Source of the DNA: Lepidodermella squamata
Lineage: Eukaryota > Animalia > Gastrotricha
DNA length: 64,000 nucleotides
Reading direction: 5' to 3'
NCBI GenBank assembly: GCA_047495785.1
Contig: JBLDXI010000054.1
Coordinates: forward strand, 2,170,001 to 2,234,000
The stretch's first letter is position 1; each line of letters opens with the position of its first letter. Both the position numbers and the translations under genes were made by a program. Below are positions 9,488 through 21,888 of the stretch, one piece after another. Under the pieces are notes generated by a model that saw only the letters and a list, made by a program, of their open reading frames with translations, did not search any database and was not told where the DNA came from.

Positions 9488-12400
9488 GGATCAAACACCG
9501 AAGGTGGGCAGAGGACCCCGAGGAAGCCTGCTGGCGATCAGGGCCAGCAGAGACCGGGGCACCGGGTTCGCAGAGAGGCGTAGTTGCTCGACAGCTTCGC
9601 GGATCGGGAGGACGAAGCGGACAGCGTTGTCGGCGTAACGGCGCTGCGTCTGTTCAAAGAAACGAGGGAGACTTGGAACACCGGGGTGACGTTCGAGGCC
9701 CGAGACTCTGACGCGGTCATCGCGACCGACGTTCAGTATTGCCCGAAGGCAATCGTTCTGAAGGACATCAAGGCGCTTGAGTTGCCGCTTGGGTGCAGTG
9801 CAGAAAACGATGTTGCCATATGTTCTCGTGGTTCGAAGGAGGCTTAGATACGCGGTTCGACGCCACCGGCGAGAAAGGCCCGAGGCTCGACAGACACTGT
9901 GCGATAAATTGCGGGTGCAGCGGGTGATCACGCGGTCCATGTGGGCCTTCCAGGTCAACTTAGCATCGAGATGGACACCAAGAATGCGCATGACTGGTAA
10001 TTGCGGGATTGCCGAGACATCGAGAGTTAGTCGGGCATCGTAGCTGCGTCACGCGAATGGCATCACTTCACTCTTGGAGGCTTTGAACCTTTGCCGCCAC
10101 TCGAGGGCCCACGTTGCCATCCGGTCGATCTCATTATGGGTAGCACGCTCAGCTTCCGGAAAATACACCCCTTCTCCGACAACTGTTAGGTCATCAGCAT
10201 AGGCATCGAGATAACACCCTGGGGCAGGCGGCGCGGTCAGCAGATCTGAAGTATAGACGATATAGAACAGCGGTGACAGCGGCGAGCCTTGCGGTACGCC
10301 GCAGTTGACGATAACCTGCCGACAAAGGAAGCCCGCAACAGAAAGGAACACGAGCCTGCAAGTTGCGATCGCGAAGGAAATCGGTCAGCCACCGAACGAG
10401 GTTTCGAGGAAGCGGCAGTTTAGCAAGCTTGAACGCCAGGCCAGCACTCCACCTGGACGTCCAGGCCAACAGCGATCACTTTTCCGTGTCGAGAACGGGC
10501 AAAGTTAACGGTGTGGGCGACGCGTAGAGGGACATCTGGTGCAGAGTGGTGCGCTCGGAACGCATACTGGTTGTCGGGCAGGGCGTGGTGGCTCTTCAAA
10601 AACTCGCCAAACCAACGCGCCACGATAGACTCCAACAGCTTTCCGTCGACGGGAAACAACGAGATCGGTCGCTGGGACGAGACAGTGCCCAAAGGCTTGC
10701 CAGCTTTCGGCACGGGTATCACAGCAGCCTCCTTCAATTCGAGCAGTACGTAACGCGATCCGAGACTCAGGTTAAACAGGTGCCGGAGGTGGCGCTGCAG
10801 CACCGGTCCACCCCACTTGTAGAAGATGGGACGGCGGGCGGCGATACTCGACAAGACGCAGGAACGGGTCACCGGGAACAGGCATAGGAATTGCAATCAA
10901 CTGCTCGATCAGCGTACGCGAAAATTCGAGACGGTCAGGTGGGCGGCTGTCAACCGGGAAATCGACAGATATTGAGGTCGTATAATGATCGCTGGTGTAT
11001 CTATCGCCAACAATCACTCCACTGCGCAGCAGGCGCAGTGCGGCGTCGTTAAGGACCCAAACATCGAGGGTTGACAAGGTACCAGTGTCGAGGTGAAGGC
11101 GAGTCGGTTTCGGTGAGGGCAAGATCGTGAGGCCGAGGCGGGTTGTAGCATCGTGGAGCGAAAAGCCGCTGGGGTTCCGCTGAAGAAGCACGGGAGGCCG
11201 AGGCGGGCAGCAGCAGCAAACTCTTCGTCAAGCCACCGTTAGACGTCGGGGGACAGTAGCCGGTGATCACACGCACGGCTTATTCCTACGACAGTTAGGC
11301 TGCTCCGAGACGACGATCGTCCCTCTGCGAACCAGGATCGCCGACCCGCCATGTGCGTCGCCAATCAAGGCTTCTACAAGGTCCTGTGCCCTATCACAAC
11401 GGAAGGTAGCATACCCTTGCAAAGAGAAGGAAGTAGGAGTAAAAGAAGGATTCATTAATAAAAAGTGATGAAATTGATCTAGAACACATTAAAACTCAAC
11501 CACTTTGTCATTACTACCGCGGCAGTTCCATTGAGAAAGAAAACGACAGCCTACCATGTTGCGCTGGTGGTAGGCGGGCTAGACATCGGCGCAGCCGGGA
11601 ACAGATGAGTCGCGAGAAAACGACCACGACCGGACCCAAAAGCGGCGACAAATTCGTAGCCGGACCACAAGACCGCAGGAGCGTCTTGACAAGGTCAGTG
11701 ACCTCAACGAAGGCGGTTTTAAGCCGTTTAAGACGCAGGCTAGCAGCCACCTCTTTCGCCTTTCGCCTCAAACTGCTTCAGCAACATGTCCATCATCTCG
11801 AACAGGCGAGCACCATCAGGCGACTGGAACTGGTTACTGATGGCAGGGTTAACAGGCGGTTGTCGCGGGGCAGGTGGTGGCTGTTGACCGATGATGTCTC
11901 GGGTCGCGACCCGGTAAGTACGGCCTTGGGCACGTGTGGGCTTGGCGGGTTGCGGGGTTAACTGCTTCTGGCGAGCAATTCGGGCGCGTTTCGTTTCAGC
12001 GCGGGCAACACGGACCTCCGATTCTTGAATTTTAGCAGCCTTGAACTGGAGACAGCCACGCCACATACTCGAATGAGGAGGCGAACCACACACGGACATG
12101 TGACATGCAGGCTAGAGCTTCACGTGGCGCTTCACAGCCAGCCGTTTTGTGATTAGGCGAGGTGCAGCGACCACACAAGAGATCTTTCTCAGGAACAACG
12201 CAATCGGCCTCGATGTGTCCAAACCGGGCACATCGCATACACTTCGGAGGCAGGAGGCCATCTTTGAGCTCGCGGAATTTGACTCAACGATTCAGGAATT
12301 CAAGGCCGACCGTCAGAGCCTCATCGCGCAGCTTATGTGTCTTATGAACGACGAGCGGAGTGGGTAATCGCCGGGGTGTTGTACAGGCATGTCACGAATC

Positions 12401-13080
12401 TCCACGACGTCCTTGATGTGCTTCAGAAGCTGCTCAGTCGTATAGAACCCGGGCAGCCGAGCGGTAATGACCGACCGACTGTCTTTTTCCGCTTGAGGTG
12501 ACTTCGTGGCTAGGGCATCAGGTTGACCGGGTCGGTGTACGCGAATGGCGGAGCCCCGAAAGGCGCCGGGTGTGAAACCGTCCCGATCCAGAAGGCGTTT
12601 GGCATCGACAGCCGACTTGCAGATGATCCGCAAGCCGCCGCTAGCCATTACGATGACAGTCTCGGGAGTCAGCCACGGGACAGCCGTATAGAGCTGGGGC
12701 TCCAGTTCGCTTCGCCGAACTCCATGCACGTTGTCGATGATGACAGTGCGGAACGCACCGGTGCTTGCAGTCGTGGAAGGCCCGGTCGTAGCACCCGCAG
12801 GAGGAGTACTCCGATTCGGCGGGACGACAGGGGCGACAGGGGCTGTCGGGATTGACGGCGGGGGCTGGTAAGCGGCCACAGACGCGCCACGGTTGACCAG
12901 CGGCGGATCGTCGATGGAGTCATCAGCCGAGTCCATGTGGATCTCGCCAATAACGGACAGGGTCTCTGGACAGTTTTTCGCAACTTTTATTGAGTCGATC
13001 AGTTTTAGCACCTTGGCAACAACAGCGGTGTGAAGGCCTTGTGAAGACCTTGTGAAAGCGACTCAAGTTGAAAGCGCGGG
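9488..13080 (-). mobile_element. Near full-length decayed I/Jockey-like LINE (gag-like ORF1 with CCHC knuckles; APE-RT ORF2)
   Basis: ORF1 ~13011-11700 with CMRCARFGHIEADC and CGRCTSPNHKTAGC knuckles; ORF2 from ATG 11557 (QWNCRG; GGSAIL; YCPP; SDH; RPISL; NQYAFR; QGSPLSP; YADD; LGVHLD) to 9491; many frameshifts. Confidence 0.9.
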
Positions 13081-13176
13081 AATGTCAAAATTTACGCTAA
13101 GAAAAATGTATAGGTATCTAATTTATTATGATTAAAATGTGCAAAAGGGTACTTCGGGAACAAAAGGGAGAAAGAT

Positions 13177-14690
13177 TCAATGTTCATCATATTGTGACGC
13201 TTTTTCCCTGTACCTTCGGTTGCTGAACCAGTTCCTCAGACGCCTAATACCAACGTTCGTAACTGTGGAAAGATTTGTGAAGTCTGACTGGGTTGGCCAA
13301 GACGTACGCCGAAACAGCTCTGACATGTGTTGAAGTTGAGAACGTGTGAAATAGTTCACTCCCTTGGATCCGGTCATTCTTGAGGATATGCCTCGCAGGA
13401 AGCTTCTTACTTTCGCCGGAGTCAGGTTTGTAACCGCTGCCAAGTGTTCAAGCCGCTTGGCGTAGCGCTTGCACGGAACTGCAGCTTCTTTTTCCAGGAT
13501 TTCAATTTGCCAGGGTTCCAACGCCCATTTACGGCGGTCTCCGCCACCAGCGTTTAATTTACGCACCTACAAATAATTAATCCAGAAACTACTTGGTATA
13601 TGACTTAGGCTTACGTTTTCGACTGTCACATTGTCACTCAAGCGAATATTCGATTTATCTCTTCTCCTTTGAAACCAATGGGCTACAGTGGACCTTTTCA
13701 GCTGAAGAGCTTTAGCCAGCTCATCTTTACGCGGCATTGTAGGCGCTACATTTACAGCGAATTCCTAATTGACAAACAATCAAATTTTAGAGATTGAACA
13801 ACGAATAAGACATTCACTTTTTCGAGAATTTTAATCTGCTCTTCGTTTAGAGTTACTTTCTTCCTTCGGCAAGCATGGTCTCGAAATCGCCATCGACTTA
13901 CAGTAAACCAATTTCTGATGCGTTTTACTGACAAGCCTGTCTTTAGGGCCAGATTTTCCACTTCTACCTTTTCCGGGTGAGAGTTGGCAAGATAAGCGCC
14001 CCGCAATATGTCGATCTGCTCCTCATTCATCCAACGCTTCTTGTGCTGAATTATGTTCGGGTCCTGATTTCTGAGAAGCCAACGATAAACTTTCAGTCGA
14101 TTTGCAAACATTTTTCTGGCCACAGAGAAACTGAGCTTCCAGAGCGAAATAGCTTGTGGTTTCCTCAAGGCTTCTGATAAGTGGCGGTGCAATTCTTCAA
14201 TCTGCCAGGGCTGAAATTCCGTGCATGCTGGAATAGTCACGGTCAATGAACGGTGTTGCTTCTCTCGGTATATTGCGCGCCCTTTAGAGCCTAAGGTTGG
14301 GATTCTACGAGTCTGAAACCACTTGCGAATCTTCAACTTCTGTAATCCGGTGACAGCTGCCAGTTCCTCAATATCTTTCCTCCCAGGATAGGCGTTGGCG
14401 TCGAACGCGTTGGTAAGTATTACCTGTTGCGCTTTAGATTTGATGTAATTTCGAGGTTTAGCCCTTAAAACCGCTGTGTCAGTGTTGCGATGACGTTTGA
14501 CCCAACAATAGACACGCTCCTTATCCTCTCCGATTTCTTCAGCTAAACGTTTGCTCATTATGCAGCGTCTCTCATGGTTACAGTTATTCTGCCAATCTTC
14601 TAGCCTCTTCTGCATCACTTCGAGCTGCCAAGGCTCAAATCCAAGCCGGGGGCTACTCTGCTTCCGCAGTTTTTCCTTACCAACACTCAT
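13177..14690 (-). CDS. Multi-homeobox gene copy 3, intact, 470 aa, seven homeodomains
   Basis: Exons 14690-13818, 13764-13615, 13566-13177 joined by phase-0 GT-AG introns of 53 and 48 nt; repeated Q..IL...F....YP......LA..TGL....V..WF...R patterns. Confidence 0.88.
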
Positions 14691-14976
14691 TTGACATAAT
14701 GAAACCTGAGGAAACCTAGATCAGTAAAAATAACGCAAGTCACAAAAACACCACACTCGAAGCAATGAATTGTTTCAGCCCATGAAATAACGTTCGTCCA
14801 TTTTCTGACTTCATTTAAAGACGAAGTAAACTGTCTCTTTTGATTTTATCGGCACCTAGCATTTAGCATTCAGCTTACCGATACTACACCGCTAGTGCGG
14901 GGAAAGCCAGCTCTCTCGATGAGCGCTTCGAACGTGAGAGGAATTTTGACATCGGCGTAACCGATCAACCAAAATA

Positions 14977-15211
14977 CTAATGTTATATGTTCACGAACTG
15001 CTTCGGAGACGTGTCCGAAGTTTTAGTCTCCGAAGTCTCGCTGACCGAAGTTGTAGATTTTCGTTCACAAGCGCGCGCACAACGGACGAATCATGTCACG
15101 CTGGGAAATAGCTTCGGAAATAACGTCACCGAAGATTCACTGGAGTGTTCCGAAGTTTCAAGTTGGGTCTCCGAAGACACCCTCTCCGAAATTAGTTTGT
15201 GGACGCATTAG
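14977..15211. mobile_element. MITE-like insertion with internal CCGAAG repeats
   Basis: Imperfect terminal inverted repeats (ctaatg..gttcacgaact / agtttgtggacgcattag); absent from the homologous upstream region of copy 4 (~18500-18520). Confidence 0.65.
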
Positions 15212-15595
15212 ACGCCATAAAATTCGTCAAGAGGAAATTTTTATTTTTGCCCATATTTAAGGGTCCTCCTTTTACCAGAACCAAGTAGCGGAGCCAGATT
15301 CTCCTCTCAGCAGAACCAAATGTTTGGAATTTTCTAGTGACCTGAAATCACTTTTTGGGTATTTCGCAGGGGTCGAGATTGTCCGCTAAAAAATCACCAT
15401 TAAATTCAGTGTACAATTCAGAACAATATTATGGTAGGTTACCTGAATATGCATTAAATTGTTGACCTTTTTCGAACACATGATGTTAGCGACTACGGCC
15501 ATGGAACGTGAGGTTTCGGAGTATTTGAGCGGTTGCGAGCTTCACAAGGTGCGGATTAAGCGGCGTTGAGGGACTGCAATATCTACGATGACAGT

Positions 15596-15700
15596 CTGCC
15601 AAAGCTCATATCCCAGCCGTGGGCCAATCTTCCTCCTCAGTTCTTCCTAGCCCACACTCATTTGTTATAATGGAAACCTGAGGAAACCTATAGGTCACAA
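15596..15700 (-). pseudogene. Relic 5' end of a seventh homeobox copy
   Basis: ATG at 15661 then MSVG*EELRRKIGPRLGYELWQ, with the conserved acceptor ctatag/gtttcctcag upstream; fused to spacer sequence at ~15585. Confidence 0.75.
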
Positions 15701-16346
15701 AAATAATTTTCGAGTGCCCTGAAATCACGTTTTGGTATTTCTTAGTTGTCACGATCGATCGTACAAAAATCAATATTAATTCAGCGTAACATTCTCTATA
15801 AGGCGGAATGTCCAATCCAGAACTCATACAGCGCCTCGAAATAGTAGAATTATTCAAACAGTTACTCTTGGTATATTTCGACTTGGGTTCCGCTACAGCA
15901 CGTTCCACTCACCGCAAATTTGGTTCCGCTGAAAAAGATATTTGAGTTAATGCATCATACCTAAAATTAGGGGGTAAGGTTACCTAAATATGCATAAAAT
16001 TATCGGCGTGAGACGGCGTTCAACGATGGCTAAGACCTTGTGGGTAGGAAAGTTCAATGTTGTTTTAATATGCCCGAAGAACTTTGTGAAGGACTCGGTC
16101 CCGCCTAAGTAGCGCCACATCAGAAGGATCCGGAAGTGATGGCTGAGGCAGAGGAGCAGGTGGCGTACCTGACACGGGAAATATGCTCGGCATGGCTTGC
16201 GCTGAAGGCAAAGCCGCATAGCGAGCCGAAAGCCGAAAGTCTTGACTAGGAAATATGTAAATCTATAGATTTTTATGCTGTTTTTTACGTTTTATGTAAA
16301 TCAAGAGAAAATGTTAAAATGTAATTCGTGAGAAAGATTCATTGAT

Positions 16347-17822
16347 TCAAGATTCATCTTTCGACGCGTTTTTCATGTTCCTTCGGTTGTCAAACCACAT
16401 CTTGAGAAGCCTGATACCAACGTTCATAACTGAGGACAGATTTTCGTAGTCTGCCTGGGTTGGGCAATGCGTGCGTCGAAACAGCTCTTGCATTTGTTGA
16501 AGTTGAGAATGCGTGAAAAATTTGTTCGCTCCTTTTGATCCGATCCTTCCTGAAGATATGCTTCTCAGGACGCTTCTCACTTTTGCAGGAGTCATGTTTG
16601 TAGCCGATGCTATGTTTTCAATCCGCTTGGCGTAGAGCCTGCACGGAATTGCTGCTTCTTTTTCGAGGATCGCAATTTGCCAAGGCTCTAATCCCAAAAA
16701 GCGACACTCTCTGTCAGCAGCGTCCAATTTACGCATCTAAGAACGCCAAATGAAGAAATTACATTGGGCACGATTGAAGCTTACGTTTTCGAGAGTCACT
16801 TTGTCGCACAAGCGAATATTCGATTTATCTCTCTTCCTTTGAAACCAACGTGCTACAGCAGGCCTTTTCAGCTGAAGCGCTTTAGCAAGCTCATCTCTAC
16901 GCTGCACTGTAGGCGATACATTCACAGCGAATTCCTAATCGACAAATTATTCAATTACAAATATTGGACAACGAATAAGTCATTCACTTTTTCGAGAAAT
17001 TCAATCTGCTCTTCTTTCAAATTGATTTCATTCCTCCGACTTGGATAGTCTTGAGATCGCGATCGCATCCGGCAAAACCACTTTATGATTCGTTTTACAG
17101 ACAATCCTGTCTTTGAGGCCAGCTCTTCCACTTCCGCCTTTCCAGGGGAAGAATTGGCTAGAAAGGCGCCCCGCAGCATGTCGAACTGCTCCTTATTCAT
17201 CCGAGGTTTTCTGGGGTCGACTTTTTTCGGGTCCCGATTCCCGCGAAGCCAACGATGAACTTTGTCTCGATTCGCGGATATTTTCCTAGCCACGGAGAAA
17301 CTGAGCTTACCCGGCGAAATTTCCTGGGTTTTCCTCCATTCTTCCAAGTGGCGGCGCAATTCTTCAACCTGCCAGCTCTCGAATTGTCTCTTCGCTGGAG
17401 TTGTCGCGGTATCTGAAGTTGGGCGTCGCTGTTCTCGATGTCTACGCCAAAGAAACCACTGACGAATCTTCAACTCCTGTATTCCGCTGACAGCTGCCAG
17501 TCCCTTAATTTCTTTCACTGCAGGATAGGCGTTAGCTTCGAATGCGTTGGCAAGTATTTCCTGTTGCGCTATAGATTTGTAATTTTGAGATTCAGCCCTT
17601 ACAACCACCATGTCAGTGTCGCGACGGCAGTTGACCCAGCGATAGACACGCTCCTTATCCTCTCCGATTTCTTCAGCTAAACGTTTGCTCATTATGCAGT
17701 CTCTCATCATTACGGTTCTTCTGCCAATTTTCTAGCCTCTTCTGCATTAATTCATACTGCCATGGCTCATATCCACACCGTGGGCTTTTCTTCTTCCGCA
17801 GCTTTTCCTTGCCAACACTCAT
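16347..17822 (-). pseudogene. Multi-homeobox gene copy 4 (frameshift in HD1; could reinitiate at 17710)
   Basis: Exons 17822-16988, 16934-16785, 16736-16347; frameshifting indel at ~17700; in-frame deletion after HD2; remainder open. Confidence 0.75.
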
Positions 17823-17872
17823 TTGTTATAATGAGACCTAGGTCAGTAAAGAATGCAAGTTTATTACATCTC

Positions 17873-18292
17873 CACTTAAAACCACAGCGCAACACAAAAC
17901 ACCAATTTGCAGCAGGATAAAATTGCAACACAACTTATTTCTGTAACTTGTAAGTTCGATATAAGAAGAAGACATAGGAAAGGGGCAGTTTTTTACGCTC
18001 AATCCGAATATGAAAACCGAAAGGGACGATTTTCAATTTTTACCCGGGTAGTACCCAGTTTTACCCGGTTTTACCCGGTTTTTACCCGGTTTACCCGGTA
18101 CCAACGTCCCTGACATTCAAACAATTACCACGGTCGTATTCCGCGCCCCCGATAACATCTATTGGTATGCCTGAATTATACTTGTTTCACTTAATGCCAA
18201 AAACAAGGTCGTGTGTTGCAAAAATGTGTGCTGCAAAATATTAAATTTTGTGTTGCACTTTGGTTATTTCTGTTACGCTGTGGTGGTGAGCC
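17873..18292. mobile_element. Mutator-like MITE with 9-bp target-site duplication, containing a nested ~90-bp inverted-repeat element
   Basis: TTACATCTC at 17864-17872 and 18293-18301; subterminal inverted repeat ACCACAGCG(C/T)AACA; inner agggacg...cgtccct (~18022-18111) with (TTTACCCGG)n. Confidence 0.7.
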
Positions 18293-19361
18293 TTACATCT
18301 CACCACACTTGAAGGAATGAATTGTTTCAGCTTGTGATATGACGTTGACCCACGACGTGACTCTAAAAGACAAGGAAATTTTATTTGATTGTTTTATCCG
18401 CATGTAGCATTCAGGTTACCGAGAATACACCGCTCGTGCGGTAAAAGCCAGCTCACTTGATGCGCACTCCAAACTTACGGCATCGGCCTAACGGTTCAAT
18501 CAAAATACTTCCAGCCATCAAATTCTGCTAGAGGAATGAATGCTTTTCTTTTACCCATATTGTCCTCCATTTACCAGACCCAAGAAGCGGAACCAAATGT
18601 TGGAGTTTTCTGGTGGCCTGAAATAACGTTTTTGTTATTTATTGGGTGTCAAGATTGGCCGCTAATAAAAATTGGGGACTTTTTTCGAACACTTGCTGTT
18701 CCTCAACAATGAGGTTCCTCGGGCTCTCATTTAGACTATCAGCAGTCCGAACCCCTTTGCCCACAAAATCTAACGAGCCACACAATTGCTGCTCAAATTT
18801 GATAAAGAGAAAAATTGAAAACCTCTCGACGGGGTCCGAAGTTTGCATAAACTGTATAGATACCCTTCTAGCACAATAGAACGTTTTCAAATTCTTATAT
18901 AGCTCAAACAAGGGCCCTGTTCACGTCTCCACTAATGACTGATGGAATTGACAACTTGACTCGGTTGAAAATCGAGGTCGGGGTGTTCGTTTCTTGAGGC
19001 TGCATCGAATTTTAGGCTACTTTGAAATTCGTTTCGAACAGTGGCGCGAATTCGTATGCAGTCGATGGTAGTCCATGGATCTAGTGACTACTACTTCTAC
19101 GGCCGGGAGCTGGAAGGAGGTTTCGCGGATACATGAGGCGGTTGCAAGCTTTACGAGACGCGGATCTAGCGGCGCTGAGGGACTGCAATATCGACACTCC
19201 CGAGAGATTTTCTTGGCAAGGCACTGCGTTATAGCCAAAGTGGCATAGCAAGCCGAAAAAACAGACACATTTCACAAAATGTTATGACTATAAATGTATA
19301 GATTTAAATTAAAAGGATTAAAATGTACTTTGCGAATGAAAGGAAGGAATAAGATTCATTG

Positions 19362-20858
19362 TCAATCATTGTTTGACGCTTTGCTCCGCCTTCGATTATT
19401 AAACCACGTCCTCAGACGCCTGATACCAACGTTCATAACTGAGGAAAGATTTTCATAATCTGACTGCGTTGGGAAACGCTTACGTCGAAACAGCTCCTCC
19501 ATTTTTTCAAGTTGAGAAAACATTAAATAACGCAGCGCTGCTCTTGATTTCATCTTTCTTGAGGATAGACGTTGCAGGATGCATCTCACTTTAGCAGGAG
19601 TCAGATTTGTCACGGATGCTATGTGTTCTAACCGTTTGGCGTAGCGCCTGCACGGAATTGCGGCTTCTTTTTCGAGGATCGCAGTTTGCCAGGGCTCTAA
19701 TGCCCAGTTACGGCGCTCTCCGTCACCGGCGTTCAATTTACGCATCTACGTATGATATGAATTCGGAAATTACATGGTATATATGACTTATGCTTACGTT
19801 TTCGAGAGTCACTTTGTCGCACAGGCGAGTTTTCGTTTGATTTCTTTTCCTTTGAAACCAACCTGCTACCACGGACCTTTTCAGCTGAAGAGCTTTAGCC
19901 AGCTCATCTTTACGCGGCATTGTAGGCGCTACATTTACAGCGAATTCCTAATTGACAAACAATCAAATTTTAGAGATTGAACAACGAATAAGACATTCAC
20001 TTTTTCGAGAATTTTAATCTGCTCTTCGTTTAGAGTTACTTTCCGCTGAACAGGATGGTCTCGAAATCGCTCGCGACTTCCGGCAAACCACCTTCTGATG
20101 CTTTTTACTGACAAACCTGTCTTTCGGGCCAGCTCTTCCACTCCCGCCTTTCCCGGGTAAGGATTGGCTAGAAAAGCGCTCCTCAATATGTCGAACTGAT
20201 CATCATTTATTTTGCGCTTGGATATCTTCCGGTCCCGATTCCTGAGGAGCCAACGATAAACTTTCTGTCGATTTGCCGACATTTTCCTGGCCACAGAGAA
20301 ACTGAATTTACCCAGCGAAGTGTCCTGAGTTTTCTTCCAGGCTTCTAAGTGGTGGCGCAATTCTTCAATCTGGCAACTCTTGAATTCCGTCCTTGCTGGA
20401 GTTTTCACGGTCAATAAAGTTCGGCGTTGCTGCTCTCGGTATATTGCGCGCCCTTTAGAGCCTAAGGTTGCGTTTCTACGAGCCTGAAACCACACGCGAA
20501 CCTTCAACTCCTGTAATCCGGTGACAGCTGCCAGTTCCTCAAAATCTTTCCTCCCCGGATAGGCGTTGGCTTTGAACGCGTTGGCAAGTATTTCCTGTTG
20601 CGCTTTAGATTTAATGTAATTTACAGGTTTAGCCCTTACAACCACCATGTCAGTGTCGCGTCGGCAGTGGACCCAACGATAGACACGCTCCTTATCCTCT
20701 CCGATTTCTTCAGCTAAACGTTTACTCATTTTGCAGTGATCCTCGTTACGATTATTCTGCCAATCTTCTAGCCTCTTCTGCATTACTTCGAGCTGCCAAG
20801 GCTCAAATCCAAGCCGTGGGCTAATCTTCTTCCGTAGTTTTTCCTTGCCAACACTGAT
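19362..20858 (-). pseudogene. Multi-homeobox gene copy 5 (open frame but ATG>ATC; upstream exon lost)
   Basis: Exons 20858-20001, 19947-19798, 19745-19362 all open; next in-frame ATG at 20783 lies inside HD1. Confidence 0.65.
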
Positions 20859-20999
20859 TTGTTAAATAATGGAAACCAGAGGAAACCTAGGTCAATAAAA
20901 AAAATCCGACACTTCACCATGCAGTCGAAGCAATGGATGAATTGTTTCAACTTTTAACATCCTTGTTTATATCTCTAGAAGACGACATGGACAGGAGCA

Positions 21000-21232
21000 A
21001 GGCCGAAGGACATAACTTCGCTCTTGCTAGCATTGAACATTTGGCGCCGTTTGCACGCCCACGGTCGATACGGAGACTTCTGCACGGAAATAAGGTCGAG
21101 CTCCGCTTGGAGATAACGTTGGGCTAAGGGGAACTGCGGCATTTGCCAGCGACAGTCAAGTCATCAGCATACGCTTGCAGCAAAGTGCCATCCACGCTCG
21201 GTGCGGACAATAGATTAGCGGTGTACAAGATA
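21000..21232 (-). mobile_element. RT fragment of the same LINE family as 1-730
   Basis: Encodes ILYTANLLSAPSVDGTLLQAYADDLTV, nearly the same as the peptide at ~391-470. Confidence 0.85.
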
Positions 21233-21888
21233 TTTCGGCTCTTATTTTCGGTAAATTCTAAATTCGAAGTTTATTGTCCCTTAAGTTGTGTGACATGAAA
21301 TAAAAATAGAAATACAAAAGGCGAAAATGTCACCGCCAAACGTAAGGCTCGTGGTGGCTAGCCGAAACGCGCTTGCCAGCTTGAGCGGTAAGTAAACGTA
21401 ACTCGTTCTTCCATGTCGAGTTATGACTTATGATAGGCCAGGGTTGTCCACGAGTCGAAAAATCGAGGCCCGCGCGAGTAAATATCTCCGAAACCGTCGT
21501 CCTGTAGACAAGTTTGTGATAGGCCGGAGAGGCCAAAAATCGGCCACCCCAAATTCCAAAATTTTCTTTCTCTCACTTCTTTCGGCACACAATACGAAGA
21601 GCTAAAAAAACTGATCAAGTTAGAAGTGGAAAATGAACACACCGATACTCGACCAGGTGTGAAACGACGAGGATGTTTAAAGGGGACAGGTCGATTCCAA
21701 AAATAGCCCAGCCATTATTTCTTGAAAACCCTGTATAGCAATCACGCGAAGTTCGAAAGAATCGATTTTCGACAATCCATATCGATCGATTATCGATGTT
21801 TAGAAAATCGATTCGCCTATTCAGAAAAATTATCTTAATTTATCAAATTTATTAGAATTAGGACTTCGTGAACAAAAGGGAGAAAGAT

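Noticed and set aside
11440-11515. AT-rich patch in the GC-rich LINE as a separate insertion
   Set aside because: It translates as the decayed APE N-terminus (WNCRG...NESF); local hypermutation cannot be shown without a consensus
13752-13817. C-termini such as VNVLFVVQSLKFDCLSIRNSL of the long homeobox ORFs, and separate ~129-aa MRKLNA ORFs
   Set aside because: Intron read-through and exon 3 of the same spliced gene; not separate proteins
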